A stretch of DNA of 64,000 bases from Vicinamibacteria bacterium (GCA_965199715.1 OZ241322.1:1216001-1280000), one strand, 5' to 3'. Shown: positions 37,511 to 47,807, counted from the stretch's first letter. Notes: generated by a model not told the origin, from the sequence alone. Made by a program: numbers and translations.

Positions 37511-38992
37511 TTACTCCGAAGTGCGCAGGATGAAGCCGCCCACGTCCTCCTTCCATTGCGGCAACAACGACTGGTCCACGTACATCATGTGGCCGGCGGC
37601 GAAGTCGGCGCGTTCGACGTTCTCGCGGAGCTCCGGCGGGAGGCCCATTCGGTCCACGGTCCAGACAGCCGCGAAGTACGGGGTCGCGAGATCGTAGATC
37701 CCGTTCACCAGCAGCACCTTGAGCTCGGGGTTGCGTCGCATCGCCCGGGCGAGGTCGGGGGCCACGTTGGGCGTGCCTCCGCCCCGCACGAAGCCGCCGC
37801 CTCCGCCGAGCCGGCCCCAGTTCCAGTTGCGCGTGCCGCCGCTCGGCACGTACTCGCGCGTTCCGTCGTAGCCGAGCTCGCTGCGGAGATAGCTGTTGAA
37901 CGCGGAGGTGTAGGCCGAGCTGATCGCGGTGGACTGCGGGTCGTGCGACGGCCGGGCGCCCAGCACGTTCCCCGCCGGGCCAGTGAAGCGCGCGTCGAGG
38001 CGGCCGACGATCCGGCCCTCGTCGCGGAGCAGCTCCGCTTCGAAGGCGGGCGCGGTGACCCGCAAGTCGGACTTGTCGATGAAGTCCTTGCTGAGGCCGG
38101 TGTACCGGTGCATTTCGTCGATGATCCGCTCGCGCCGGGCCGGGTCGAGCGTCCCGCCGGCGAGCAGCGCGGTCGCGTACTCGTTCAGCGACCACCCCTC
38201 GACCTCGGCCATGAAGGCCCCGAGATCGTCGGGCGAGCCGCCGGGGAGGCGGTCGAGGTAGCGGGCGGTGACCGCGTAGCCGGGCAGGTTCACGATGTAC
38301 GGGAGGTCGTCGCCGGGCGCGAACTGGATCGTGTTGAACTGGAGCACGACCGAGACCAGCACGATGCCGTTGAGGTCGATGTTGGCGCGCTGCAGGTGGC
38401 CGGCCAGCACCGCCGAGCGGGTCGTCCCGTAGCTCTCGCCGAGGAGGTGCCGGGGCGAATTCCAGCGGTCGTACTCGCTCAGGAAGCGGCGGATGAACTG
38501 CGCCAGCGAGCGGGCGTCCTCGTCGATCCCCCAGTACTCGGATCCCTCGGTTCCCTCGAGCGCATGGCTGAACCCGGTGCCGATCGGATCCACCATGACG
38601 ATGTCGGCGACGTCGAGCAGCGTGTACTGGTTGTCCTCGAGCGGGTACGGCGGCGCGCCCTGCGGCCCGACGTCGGGCGTGACGACGCGGCGCGGCCCCA
38701 TGATTCCCATGTGGAGCCAGAAGGACGCGCTGCCGGGTCCGCCGTTGAACGAGAAGATCAGCGGGCGCTCGCCCGACGGCGCGCCGTTGGTGCGGAAGTA
38801 CGCCGTGTAAAAGAGCTTGGCCGCGTCCTCGCCGTCGTCGTTCGTGAGCGTCGTGCTCGCGACCACCGCGTCGTACTCGACCGCCTCGCCGCCGATCATG
38901 ATCGAGTGGCTGGTCTCCCAGCGGGCCGGCTCGTCCTCGGCGAAGACGACCGGCGGCGCGAGGACGGCGAGCAGCAGAACCTTCTTGAACAT
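37511..38992 (-). CDS. Exported S10-family serine carboxypeptidase
   Basis: FNGGPGSAS, DPIGTGFS, GESYGTTR, GIYDLATPY, GHMMY. Confidence 0.92.
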   Translation of the reverse strand: MFKKVLLLAVLAPPVVFAEDEPARWETSHSIMIGGEAVEYDAVVASTTLTNDDGEDAAKLFYTAYFRTNGAPSGERPLIFSFNGGPGSASFWLHMGIMGPRRVVTPDVGPQGAPPYPLEDNQYTLLDVADIVMVDPIGTGFSHALEGTEGSEYWGIDEDARSLAQFIRRFLSEYDRWNSPRHLLGESYGTTRSAVLAGHLQRANIDLNGIVLVSVVLQFNTIQFAPGDDLPYIVNLPGYAVTARYLDRLPGGSPDDLGAFMAEVEGWSLNEYATALLAGGTLDPARRERIIDEMHRYTGLSKDFIDKSDLRVTAPAFEAELLRDEGRIVGRLDARFTGPAGNVLGARPSHDPQSTAISSAYTSAFNSYLRSELGYDGTREYVPSGGTRNWNWGRLGGGGGFVRGGGTPNVAPDLARAMRRNPELKVLLVNGIYDLATPYFAAVWTVDRMGLPPELRENVERADFAAGHMMYVDQSLLPQWKEDVGGFILRTSE

Positions 38993-39017
38993 GGGAGCGA
39001 ACCTCAAATTGAGGAAA

Positions 39018-39049
39018 CGGGGAGCCGCCCGAAGACGGGCGGCTCCCCG
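39018..39049 (-). terminator. Rho-independent terminator after the TonB receptor gene
   Basis: Perfect 14-bp stem cggggagccgcccg/cgggcggctccccg with a 4-nt loop, followed by TTT on the minus strand. Confidence 0.8.
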
Positions 39050-39069
39050 GTGGACGGACGGGCCGTCGA

Positions 39070-41907
39070 TCAGAACACGAAGCCGGCGAGGAACATCAGG
39101 CGGCGCGGCTCGACCCAGCTCGATGGGATGAACTGCTCGCCCGGATTCTCGATGCGCAGGCTGGAGTTCCAGATGCTCGCGGTGCTGTTCAGCGCGTTGT
39201 AGAGATAGGCGTCCAGCTTCAACTGCAGGTCGCCGACGTTGACGCGCCGGCCGAGGCGCAGGTCCAGCATCATGATGTCCGGGTGGTTCAGCCCGTCCCG
39301 GGTCCCGGCGAGCTCCACGATGAAGTTCTGCGACGGCTGCGCCGTCACGCCCCCCGGCGCCCGGATCTGGCGTGAGAAGGGCTTTCCGCTCTCGAAGTTG
39401 GCGTTCACCCCGAGCAGGAAGTCCCACGGAAGGAACCAGACGCCCTGCAGCCGGAACATGTGCGGGCGGTCGCCCTGGAGCCGCTGCCCGTCGTTCAGGT
39501 TCATGTAGGCGTTCGGATCCTGACCGACCGAGCTTCCGTAGAACGGGTTGTTCTGCGACTCGTACCACGGCCGCGGAATCAGGCCCTCCGACCGCGAGTA
39601 CGTGTACGAGCCCTGGAGGCTCCAGACGCTGGAATCGCGGGCCGCGAAGGTGAACACGACGCCGTCGTAGGTCTGCTCGTACTTGTCCGGGGCGCCCGGG
39701 AAATCGCCGGGGGTGTTCCCCTTGACGAGCGTCGGCTGGACCGTCTGGCTGAGCAGGGTGACCGGATTCCCGTTGTACGGGTCGTTCCACTGCACCGTCT
39801 CGTACTGCCCGCCGAGGATGGACCAGCCCACGAGCCGATCCGTGTACTTGTGGACGTACTGCACCCCGACGGACATGTTGTTCCCGACCTCGCGCTCGTA
39901 GGCGGCCGTGTAGTGGTAGGAGCGTGGAGCCAGCAGGTTCTCGGGCTGCGCCCGATCCTCCACCGTGGTGGCGAAGAGCAAGTCGCCGAGCGAGCCGTCG
40001 TCGTTCAGCGCGTAGAGCTGCCAAGGGGTCGTTCCGGGCGCCGGAGCGTCCCAGTTCCCGATCACGTTCTGGTCGTAATGGATCCCGAAGAACCCCTTGA
40101 TGGCCGAACGCCCAGCGTCGTCGGGGCGGAACGTGAAGCCGACCCTGGGACTCACCAAGTTCCACGAGACGATGCTCGGATTGCCGGGGGCGGTTCCCGA
40201 AGTCGAGACCGCGTTGATCGCCTCGAACTCGCTGTCCTGCCCGCCGTCCGGCACCGCGAGGATTTCGTACGCGGGGACTTCGCCCCGGTTCAGATCCACC
40301 CGGACGCCGAGGTTCAGCGTCAGCCGGTCGTTCACCGTGACCGTGTCGTCGATGAAGAACCCGTTGTCGCGGGAGATGCCGCCGTAGCGGTACGGCTCCT
40401 GGATGACCTGATAGAGCAGGCCGCCCGACTGGTACTGGTAGGCGCTGTTCGGTCCGGCCGCCACCGCCGTCACCGCGACGCCCTGCGCGAGCTGGACCCC
40501 GAAGCGGAACTCGTGCTGCGCTCCGAGGAAGTCGTCGGCGTAGTGGGTCACCTTGGCGTTGAACTGGTTGCTCCACGTGCGGTAGTCCCACGGAAAGACG
40601 ATGCCGCCCGAGTACGTGGTGTTCGGCTCGGCGTCGTAGTTCACGAAGGGCATCTCGAAGGTGCCCGTCGGCGAGTCGTGGATGTCGCTCGCGTGCCAGC
40701 CGGCGTAGCGCGCCTCCAGCAGGGTGTTGTCGGAGATGGTCCACGTCCACCCGAGCGATCCGGCGATGTTCTGGCCCCGCTCGACGTATGCCGCCGACGC
40801 CGCGACGTTCGGGGAACTTCCCGAGATGCCGGCCCAGTCCTCGACCTGGCTATTGAAGAAAATCTCGTTGCGGTCGTTCAGCTTCAGCGTCAGCTTGAGG
40901 CCGATCTTGTCGTTCTCGCTGAGGTCCGACGTGGCCACGGAAGGGTCGTTGCCCGCCTCCCAGGCGCTGTCCCTCGTGTAGCCGCCGCTCGCCATGAACC
41001 AGGCGCGCTCCCGGACGACCGGCCCGCCGAGCGTAAAGGTGATGTCCTGGTAGTTGTCGCGCTCGTAGGCGAAGGAGTTCGGCGACCCCTCGGACACCGG
41101 CTCGCCGGTGCCCGCGTCGGCGAAGACCTCGGGGAAGGTGAGCGAGTCGTGCTGGTAGAAGTAGTTGCCGGTCCCGCTGAAGGTATCGCCGCCCTTCTTG
41201 GTCACGATGTTGAACACGCCGCCGGTGGAGTTCCCGAACTCGGCCGGGGCCCCCACCCCGATGATCTCCACTTCCTCGATCGCGTCCACGTTCGGATCCC
41301 ACCACGACGATCCCGTCTCCGGCGCGCTCGACTCGATCCCGTCGATGTTCCACGAGTTCGACTGCTGGTTCGATCCGAAGGCGATCGTCCGGTCGCCCCC
41401 GCCGCCGCTGTTCATCTGGCTCATGCCGGGGGCGATGTGGATGTAGTCGTAGAAGTTCCGCTCGGTGGGGAGCTCCTCCACGAACTCGGAGCTGAAGGTC
41501 GTGACCTGGGAGTTGGAGGCCACGTCCAGCAGCGGCGCTTCGGCGACAACCTGCACGGTCTCGGCCAGCGTCGAGAGCGTGAGGCCCGTGTCCAGCGTGG
41601 CCGTCGTGTTCTGGCCGATGCGCACGCCCTCGTAACGCACCGAATCGAACCCGCCGAGCGTCAGCTCCACGACGTATTCGCCGGGAGCAAGCTGGGGGAA
41701 ACGGAAGACGCCCGAATCGTTCGTGACGCCGGTGCGGGACCCGCCGATGATGGCGTCGCTGGTCACGGAGACGGTGACGCCCGGCAGCACGCCGCCCGTC
41801 TCGTCGGTGACCGTGCCCCGAATGAGCCCGTTGTCCTGGGCGAACCCCGGGGCCGCGAGGGCGAGCGACAGGACGGCGCCCGCCGCAACTCGAAATCTGT
41901 GAGTCAT
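39070..41907 (-). CDS. TonB-dependent receptor (Oar-like, carboxypeptidase-regulatory-like N-domain)
   Basis: Signal peptide; GTVTDETGGVLPGVTV, plug PAEFGNSTGGVFNIVTK, LTLNLGVRVD, PRVGF; C-terminal Phe. Confidence 0.92.
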   Translation of the reverse strand: MTHRFRVAAGAVLSLALAAPGFAQDNGLIRGTVTDETGGVLPGVTVSVTSDAIIGGSRTGVTNDSGVFRFPQLAPGEYVVELTLGGFDSVRYEGVRIGQNTTATLDTGLTLSTLAETVQVVAEAPLLDVASNSQVTTFSSEFVEELPTERNFYDYIHIAPGMSQMNSGGGGDRTIAFGSNQQSNSWNIDGIESSAPETGSSWWDPNVDAIEEVEIIGVGAPAEFGNSTGGVFNIVTKKGGDTFSGTGNYFYQHDSLTFPEVFADAGTGEPVSEGSPNSFAYERDNYQDITFTLGGPVVRERAWFMASGGYTRDSAWEAGNDPSVATSDLSENDKIGLKLTLKLNDRNEIFFNSQVEDWAGISGSSPNVAASAAYVERGQNIAGSLGWTWTISDNTLLEARYAGWHASDIHDSPTGTFEMPFVNYDAEPNTTYSGGIVFPWDYRTWSNQFNAKVTHYADDFLGAQHEFRFGVQLAQGVAVTAVAAGPNSAYQYQSGGLLYQVIQEPYRYGGISRDNGFFIDDTVTVNDRLTLNLGVRVDLNRGEVPAYEILAVPDGGQDSEFEAINAVSTSGTAPGNPSIVSWNLVSPRVGFTFRPDDAGRSAIKGFFGIHYDQNVIGNWDAPAPGTTPWQLYALNDDGSLGDLLFATTVEDRAQPENLLAPRSYHYTAAYEREVGNNMSVGVQYVHKYTDRLVGWSILGGQYETVQWNDPYNGNPVTLLSQTVQPTLVKGNTPGDFPGAPDKYEQTYDGVVFTFAARDSSVWSLQGSYTYSRSEGLIPRPWYESQNNPFYGSSVGQDPNAYMNLNDGQRLQGDRPHMFRLQGVWFLPWDFLLGVNANFESGKPFSRQIRAPGGVTAQPSQNFIVELAGTRDGLNHPDIMMLDLRLGRRVNVGDLQLKLDAYLYNALNSTASIWNSSLRIENPGEQFIPSSWVEPRRLMFLAGFVF

Positions 41908-41943
41908 TTGGGTGAAACTCCACTCCGCCCGAATTCAGGCGGA

Positions 41944-43281
41944 TCAGCACCTTGAATCGTACGGCGCACGAGGGCGGGCCGCAACCGGTTCGCGACAGTC
42001 GGGCGCGACGAGCGCGGCGCGTGTTCGGAACGCCTCCGCAAGCTCCGGAGCGGCGAGCGCGGCCGCGCCCTCGAGGGCTTCCCGGTCGAAGGGATCCCGG
42101 CGCAGCGCCTCCAGAAAGGGATCCAGCGAATCGCCGAGCGCGAGGCCCAGATTGCGCCAGTCGGCGGCCTCGTCGCCGAGGGCGACGATCTCGCGCCAGC
42201 GGTCCGGATCGTCCCCCGCTTCCCGCCGCAGCCGCTCCAGCCGATTCCCGCGTTCCCACGCCTCCTCTTCGGCGCGCCGGGCCGCCGCGAGCTGGTCGAG
42301 CACCCCCGGCTCGCCGCGCATCCGGAGCGCGGCGTGGAGCGTCGTGAACACCGCGACGTGGCCGGGCGCGGCTTCGGCGAGTTCCCTCAGGATCGGAACC
42401 GCGGCGGGATCGCCCCTCGCGACGAGTCCCTTCGCCAGCGCGAAACGCGCTCCGACCGTGCCGCGCCGTTCGACCAGCGCCAGCGCCTCGGGGTCGCCCG
42501 AGGCCACGAGCGCGTCGAGCGCCACGCTCGCGAACGTCCCCGCCACGTCGGGATCGAGCCGCAGCGCCTCCACGTAGGCGGCGACCGCCGCGTCGAGCCG
42601 CAGGCCGGCCGCGTAGGCGTTCCCGAGCGCGAGCCACTCGGTCGCGTCGGCGAGGTGCGCGGCTTCGAGCGCGCGCCGGGCTTCGTCGGGTTCGCGCTCT
42701 TGCAGGATCACGCCGAGAAAGGCCCGGAATTCCGGATGGCGGGCGGCTTCCCGCGCGGCGCACTCGGCGAGTTCGAGCGCGCCGGCGGCCTCGGCGGCCA
42801 GCGCGAGCGCCTGGAAGGGACGGGGAGCGTCCGGCGCGGCGGCTCCGGCCCGGCGCGCGTGGTCGAGGGCGTCCTCGACGCGCCCGAGCCGAAGGGCGAT
42901 CCCCGATGCGGCCAGACGCGCCGGAACGTACTCGGGAGCGATCTCAAGACTCTGGCGCGCCGCCTCCGCCGCGTCTTCGGGGCGGTCGAGCCGGTCGAGC
43001 GCCTCGGCGAGCAGGTGCCACGCGAGCGCCGGACGGCCCACCGGCGGGTCGGCCGCTCCGGCGGCGATTTGGAGATGGTCGGCCGCGACCGCCCATTCCT
43101 CGCGCTCGAGCGCGAGCGCGCCCAACTGCAGCCGGGCCGGGCCGTGGTCCGGATTCCGGTCCACGACCGAGAGCAGGAGCGGAACGGCGCGCTCCGCCTC
43201 GCCGGCGGCGATCCGGTCGAGCGCCGCCTGCATGACGGCGCGCACGTCCTGAAGCGTCAGCAGGACGAGGAGTAGGATCAT
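41944..43281 (-). CDS. Exported TPR-repeat protein
   Basis: Ala/Leu-rich helical repeats (WLALGNAYAAG..AYVEALRLDP); ATGA overlap with the upstream gene. Confidence 0.75.
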   Translation of the reverse strand: MILLLVLLTLQDVRAVMQAALDRIAAGEAERAVPLLLSVVDRNPDHGPARLQLGALALEREEWAVAADHLQIAAGAADPPVGRPALAWHLLAEALDRLDRPEDAAEAARQSLEIAPEYVPARLAASGIALRLGRVEDALDHARRAGAAAPDAPRPFQALALAAEAAGALELAECAAREAARHPEFRAFLGVILQEREPDEARRALEAAHLADATEWLALGNAYAAGLRLDAAVAAYVEALRLDPDVAGTFASVALDALVASGDPEALALVERRGTVGARFALAKGLVARGDPAAVPILRELAEAAPGHVAVFTTLHAALRMRGEPGVLDQLAAARRAEEEAWERGNRLERLRREAGDDPDRWREIVALGDEAADWRNLGLALGDSLDPFLEALRRDPFDREALEGAAALAAPELAEAFRTRAALVAPDCREPVAARPRAPYDSRC

Positions 43282-44870
43282 CGTCGCCGGATCAGCCAAG
43301 TCCGGCAGGGCTCCAGATCGGGGCGCTCCTCGACGGCGCCGTCGGGCCAGCGGATGACGAGGCGGACCGGGCCGGACTCGCCGAGCCCGAAGTGGAGGAC
43401 GCGCTCGCTGTCGGATGCGTAGCTGCCGCCCGACGTCAGTTCACGGAAGCGTCCGTTCGCCGAGACCCGCGCTCCGAGCGCGTCCCGGTTTCCGGAGGGA
43501 TCCACGAGCTGCACGCGGATCCAGGCGCCCGGGGCGCTTCGGCGGAGCAGCGCAGGCGGATCGTCCTGGTTCGAGGCGACGATCTCGAGGACGCCGTCGC
43601 CGTCCATGTCCAGAAGCGCCATGCCTCGGGTCGAGCGCGTCGGGCCGCCGACGGGAACCGGATGGAACCCGTCGGCGCGCCGTTCCATCAGCAGGTCGGG
43701 CTGCTCGTACGTCTCCCCGAGGCCGGGGTCGGCGTCCACCTGCGGGTAGATGTGGCCGTTCGCCAGCGCGAGGTCGAGGTCGCCGTCGTTGTCGGCGTCG
43801 AGGAAGAGCGCGCCCCAGCCGAGCGGCGCGAACGTGGGCATCGCGAGGCCCGCGCCCATCGAGTCGTCGAGGAAGACGTCCGGCGCGACACCCCGGTACC
43901 AGGTGTAGTGGTCGTGGGCGAAGTTGGTCACCACGAGGTCGTGCAGCCCGTCCCCGTCCGGGTCGGCGGCGGCGACCCCCATGCTGCCCTGGCTCGCGCC
44001 GTCGCCGCTGAGCGCGACCCCGGCGAGGAGGCCCACGTCGGCGAAAGCGCCGCCCTCGTTGCGCAGCAGCGCGTTCGGGGCGCTGTCGTTGGCGACGAAC
44101 AGGTCGGGGTCGGCGTCGTCGTCCAGATCGAGTACGGCGACTCCCATGGAGTAGCGCGGTTCGCCGGGGAGCTCCAGTTCCTCGAAGGCCCTTCCGCCGC
44201 GGTTTCGGTAGAGGCGGTTCGGCTCCGGCGGCAGCCCCCTCGGGCCGTCCAGCACCGGAACCCGGCCGCGCCAGCTCCTCGTGCGCCGCCCGGCGCGGAC
44301 GTCCTCCTCGGCGACGCGGATGTAGTTGGCGACGAAGAGGTCCAGCCAGCCATCGCCGTCGCCGTCGAGGAAGGCGGCCCCGATTCCCCAGCCGGGGTCG
44401 TCGAGGCCGAACGCGCCGGACTGCTCGGCGAAGGTGCCGTCGCCGTTGTTGCGGAAGAAGCGGTTCGGGCCGACGGCGGTGACGAGAAGATCCGGAAATC
44501 CGTCGTTGTCGAAGTCGCCGCTGACCGCGCCCTGCCCGAACAGGGGCGCGTCGAGTCCGGCGGCCCGGGTCACGTCGGCGAACCGGCCGTCGCCCCGGTT
44601 GCGGTAGAGCGCTGCCGACCGCGGGCGCCAGGGGCCGTCCGGGACGTCCCAGGCGGGGGCGTTCGGGAAGAAGACGTCGGGGCGCCCGTCCTGGTCGTAG
44701 TCGAGCACGGCGACTCCGACGCCGGTGGACTCGACGATGTGGTTCTTCGCCGGGCTGCCGGCGCCGGTGACGATGGCGAGGCCCGCCTCGGGCGCGACGT
44801 CCCGGTACGGCTGCGCCGCCGGAAGGGCCAGGAGGGCCAGCAACTCAGCCGCGAAGCGGCGGCTGCTCAT
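43278..44870 (-). CDS. CRTAC1-family protein (FG-GAP repeats plus ASPIC/UnbV)
   Basis: Repeated DxDxDGxxDL loops, YRNRGDGRF, GGSYASD..LHFGLG, IRWPDG. Confidence 0.9.
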   Translation of the reverse strand: MSSRRFAAELLALLALPAAQPYRDVAPEAGLAIVTGAGSPAKNHIVESTGVGVAVLDYDQDGRPDVFFPNAPAWDVPDGPWRPRSAALYRNRGDGRFADVTRAAGLDAPLFGQGAVSGDFDNDGFPDLLVTAVGPNRFFRNNGDGTFAEQSGAFGLDDPGWGIGAAFLDGDGDGWLDLFVANYIRVAEEDVRAGRRTRSWRGRVPVLDGPRGLPPEPNRLYRNRGGRAFEELELPGEPRYSMGVAVLDLDDDADPDLFVANDSAPNALLRNEGGAFADVGLLAGVALSGDGASQGSMGVAAADPDGDGLHDLVVTNFAHDHYTWYRGVAPDVFLDDSMGAGLAMPTFAPLGWGALFLDADNDGDLDLALANGHIYPQVDADPGLGETYEQPDLLMERRADGFHPVPVGGPTRSTRGMALLDMDGDGVLEIVASNQDDPPALLRRSAPGAWIRVQLVDPSGNRDALGARVSANGRFRELTSGGSYASDSERVLHFGLGESGPVRLVIRWPDGAVEERPDLEPCRTWLIRRR

Positions 44871-45843
44871 GGCCGAGTACCGGGTGGGGGACGTAGGGGG
44901 CTTCCAGATCGGCGACGGTCTCGTCGTCGAGCGCGAGATCGGTCGCGGCGGCGAGTTCCTCGAGCTGCTCGAGGCGGGTCGTCCCGACGATGGGGGCGTC
45001 CACGCCGGGGACCGTGAGGAGCCACGCGAGCGCGACCTTGGCCGGCGTTTCGCCGAGGCGCTCGGCGACGTTACGGAGCGCGTCCAGCACCCGGAAGTCG
45101 GCCTCCTCGTAGTAGAGCCGGTCGGCGAAGGGGTCGTCCTGGGCGCGGGGCGTGGGGTCCCGGCGCTCGCGGGTGCGGTTGCCGGCGAGGAAGCCGCGCG
45201 CCAGCGGGCTCCAGGGAATCACCCCGATCCCCTGGTCGAGGCAGAGCGGCAGCATCTCCCGCTCCTCTTCGCGATAGACGAGGTTCAGGTGGTTCTGCAT
45301 CGCGACGAACCGCTCGCACCCCATGGAGTCGGCGGTGGCGAGCATCCACGCGAACTCCCACGCGGCCATGCTGCTCGCGCCGAGGTAGCGGACCTTGCCC
45401 GCCTTCACGAGCGAGTCCAGCGCGGCGATGGTCTCCTCGATGGGGGTCTCGTGGTCGAAGCGGTGGATCTGGTAGAGATCGATGTGGTCCGTGCCGAGCC
45501 GACGCAGCGAGGCGTCGCACGAGGCGAGGATGTGCTTCCGCGACAGGCCGCGCCGGTTCGTCCCCTTCGCGATCGGGTAGAAGACCTTGGTGGCGAGGAC
45601 GTAGTTGTCGCGGGGAAGCAGATCGCGCAGGAGCTTGCCGGTGACCTCCTCGCTGACCCCCTTCGAGTACATGTCGGCGGTGTCGAAGAAGTTCACGCCG
45701 AGCTCGACGGCGCGGCGGAAGTGCGGCCGCGCGGCCTCCTCGTCCAGGACCCACGAGCGCCAGCCGGGATCGCCGTAGGTCATGCAGCCGAGGCAGAGAC
45801 GGCTGATCTCGAGGCCGGTGTCGCCGAGGCGGGTCAGGTTCAT
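44845..45843 (-). CDS. Aldo/keto reductase
   Basis: LCLGCMTYG, FFDTADMY, LATK, DLYQIHRFD, GKVRYLGASS, PWSPLARG. Confidence 0.93.
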   Translation of the reverse strand: MNLTRLGDTGLEISRLCLGCMTYGDPGWRSWVLDEEAARPHFRRAVELGVNFFDTADMYSKGVSEEVTGKLLRDLLPRDNYVLATKVFYPIAKGTNRRGLSRKHILASCDASLRRLGTDHIDLYQIHRFDHETPIEETIAALDSLVKAGKVRYLGASSMAAWEFAWMLATADSMGCERFVAMQNHLNLVYREEEREMLPLCLDQGIGVIPWSPLARGFLAGNRTRERRDPTPRAQDDPFADRLYYEEADFRVLDALRNVAERLGETPAKVALAWLLTVPGVDAPIVGTTRLEQLEELAAATDLALDDETVADLEAPYVPHPVLGHEQPPLRG

Positions 45844-47783
45844 GGGCTTGGTTCGACGGGCTTGCCGACGAGGCGGACCACCACCACGGTCGCCGCGATC
45901 CCGACGACGAGGGTGATCCATGCGGGGACGCCGAAGCTCGCCGGCAGGATGCCGAGGAGGATGGCGATCCCGGCGGCGGTGAGGGCGTAAGGAAGCTGGG
46001 TGCGGACGTGGTCGAGGTGGTCGCAGGCCGAGGCCATGGAGCTCAGGACCGTGGTGTCCGAAATGGGCGAGCAGTGGTCCCCGAACACCGCTCCGGCGAG
46101 CACCGCGCCGATCACCCCCATGAGCAGCGGATCGGCGACCTCGGGCGGAAGCGCCGCGCCGGTCGCAAGCGCCGCGCTGAGCGGGATCACCAGCGGCATG
46201 AGGATGGCCATCGTGGCCCAGCTCGTGCCGGTCGCGAACGCGATGATCCCGGCGACGACGAACGTCAGGGTCGGGAGAAGCGCCGGGCTGAGGACGTTCT
46301 GGAGAATCTGGACGAGGTAGTCGGCGGCGTGGAGCGCGCTGGTCACGTCCCCGATGCTCCAGGCGAGCACGAGGATCACGATCGCGAGCACCATGGACTT
46401 GAGCCCGTCGATCCACGAGGCGATCGCCGCGCTCACGCTGAGCAGGCCGCGTCCGACCGCGAGCGCGATTCCGGTGGCGCAGCCGGCGACCGAGGCCCAC
46501 AGCAGCGCGCGGTAGGAATCCGAGTTCGTGACGACGTCGGCCACGCCCCACGAGGTCCGGCCGTCGGCCCGCAGCGCCTCCGCGCCGGTCAGCCAGATGC
46601 CGGCCCCGGCCACGCCCAGCACCGCGAGGATGGGGAAGAGCCCCTGCATCCAGAGGCCGTCGGTGACGCCCTTGACGGCCGACTCCTCGTCGAGGGTCTC
46701 GGTGGCCGGTTCGGAGCCGGGTCGCAGCGGCTGGTTCTCCCGGACGGCGCGGAGCTCGGCCCGGCGCATCGCGCCGAAGTCGCGTCCGAGGAATCCCACG
46801 GCGAGGGCGAGGACGAACGAGAAGATCGGATAGAACCGGTACGGAATCGTGCGGATGAAGACCGAGTAGCCGTCCTCGGGGTGGGCGATGAGGTCGAGGC
46901 CCTGGTCGATGAGGCCGACCTCGTAGCCCACCCACGTCGAGATGATGACCGTGCTCGCGACCGACGCGGCTCCGGTGTCGGTGAGGAAGGCGAGCTTCTC
47001 CCGGGAGACGCGCAGCCCGTCGGTGATCGGGCGCATCAGGTTGCCCCGGATGATGACGTTCGCGTAGTCGTCGAAGAACACCACGAACGCCATGAGCATG
47101 GCGCTCACCTGCCCGCGCTTTCGGGTTCTCGCGAAGCCGGTGATGAGCTGGGCGAACCCGCGGGCGCCGCCGCTGCGGGAGAGGACGCCGGCGAGGCCGC
47201 CGAACATCATGCTGAAGACGATGATGTGCGCCCGGTCGGGGTCGGTGACCGCGCCCATGACGAAGCCGCCGCCGCCCACGAAGAACCCGGCCAGCGGGTT
47301 GAAGTCCTGGAGCAGGATGGCTCCCGACCAGATGCCGGCGACGAGCGCGAGAACGACCTGGCGGAAGAGGATCGCGAGGAGGATGGCGACGACCGGCGGC
47401 AGGAGCGAGACCAAACCCGGGATCGCCCGGACGGACGCCGTTCCCGAAGCCGGTCCGTCGGCGACGGCGAGTTCGAGCGCACCCGACCGGGGGACGGTGA
47501 CGCCCTTGAAGACGAAAGCGCCCTCCGCTGCGCGTTCCGGCGGAGCGGCCGCGTCGGCGCCGGCGAGCGCCGGCGAGCCGACGTAGCCCGGAATGGAGGT
47601 TCCGGAAGCGTCGTGCGGGATGGCCGTGACGTCGAACGGGATCCCGCTCAGGACGACGGGCGGCGCTTCGATCTCGAACGAGGCCGGCTCGACCGCTGTC
47701 GGCTGGGCGGCTGTCGGTTGGGCGGCGGTCGCCGTCAGCGCAGCTGCCGCGACCAAGAACGCGAGCCTGCGAAAAGCCCTCAT
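45840..47783 (-). CDS. NhaC-family (Na+/H+ antiporter-like) transporter with an extracytoplasmic N-domain
   Basis: FFDDYAN, SREKLAF, ATGTSW, GDHCSPISDTTVLSS, HVRTQLPYA. Confidence 0.9.
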   Translation of the reverse strand: MRAFRRLAFLVAAAALTATAAQPTAAQPTAVEPASFEIEAPPVVLSGIPFDVTAIPHDASGTSIPGYVGSPALAGADAAAPPERAAEGAFVFKGVTVPRSGALELAVADGPASGTASVRAIPGLVSLLPPVVAILLAILFRQVVLALVAGIWSGAILLQDFNPLAGFFVGGGGFVMGAVTDPDRAHIIVFSMMFGGLAGVLSRSGGARGFAQLITGFARTRKRGQVSAMLMAFVVFFDDYANVIIRGNLMRPITDGLRVSREKLAFLTDTGAASVASTVIISTWVGYEVGLIDQGLDLIAHPEDGYSVFIRTIPYRFYPIFSFVLALAVGFLGRDFGAMRRAELRAVRENQPLRPGSEPATETLDEESAVKGVTDGLWMQGLFPILAVLGVAGAGIWLTGAEALRADGRTSWGVADVVTNSDSYRALLWASVAGCATGIALAVGRGLLSVSAAIASWIDGLKSMVLAIVILVLAWSIGDVTSALHAADYLVQILQNVLSPALLPTLTFVVAGIIAFATGTSWATMAILMPLVIPLSAALATGAALPPEVADPLLMGVIGAVLAGAVFGDHCSPISDTTVLSSMASACDHLDHVRTQLPYALTAAGIAILLGILPASFGVPAWITLVVGIAATVVVVRLVGKPVEPSP

Positions 47784-47807
47784 CGACCGTCGATTGTAAG
47801 GGTGGCG

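Noticed and set aside
47695-47724. 15-bp tandem repeat encoding AAQPT twice
   Set aside because: Two copies in a low-complexity linker after the signal peptide; unremarkable
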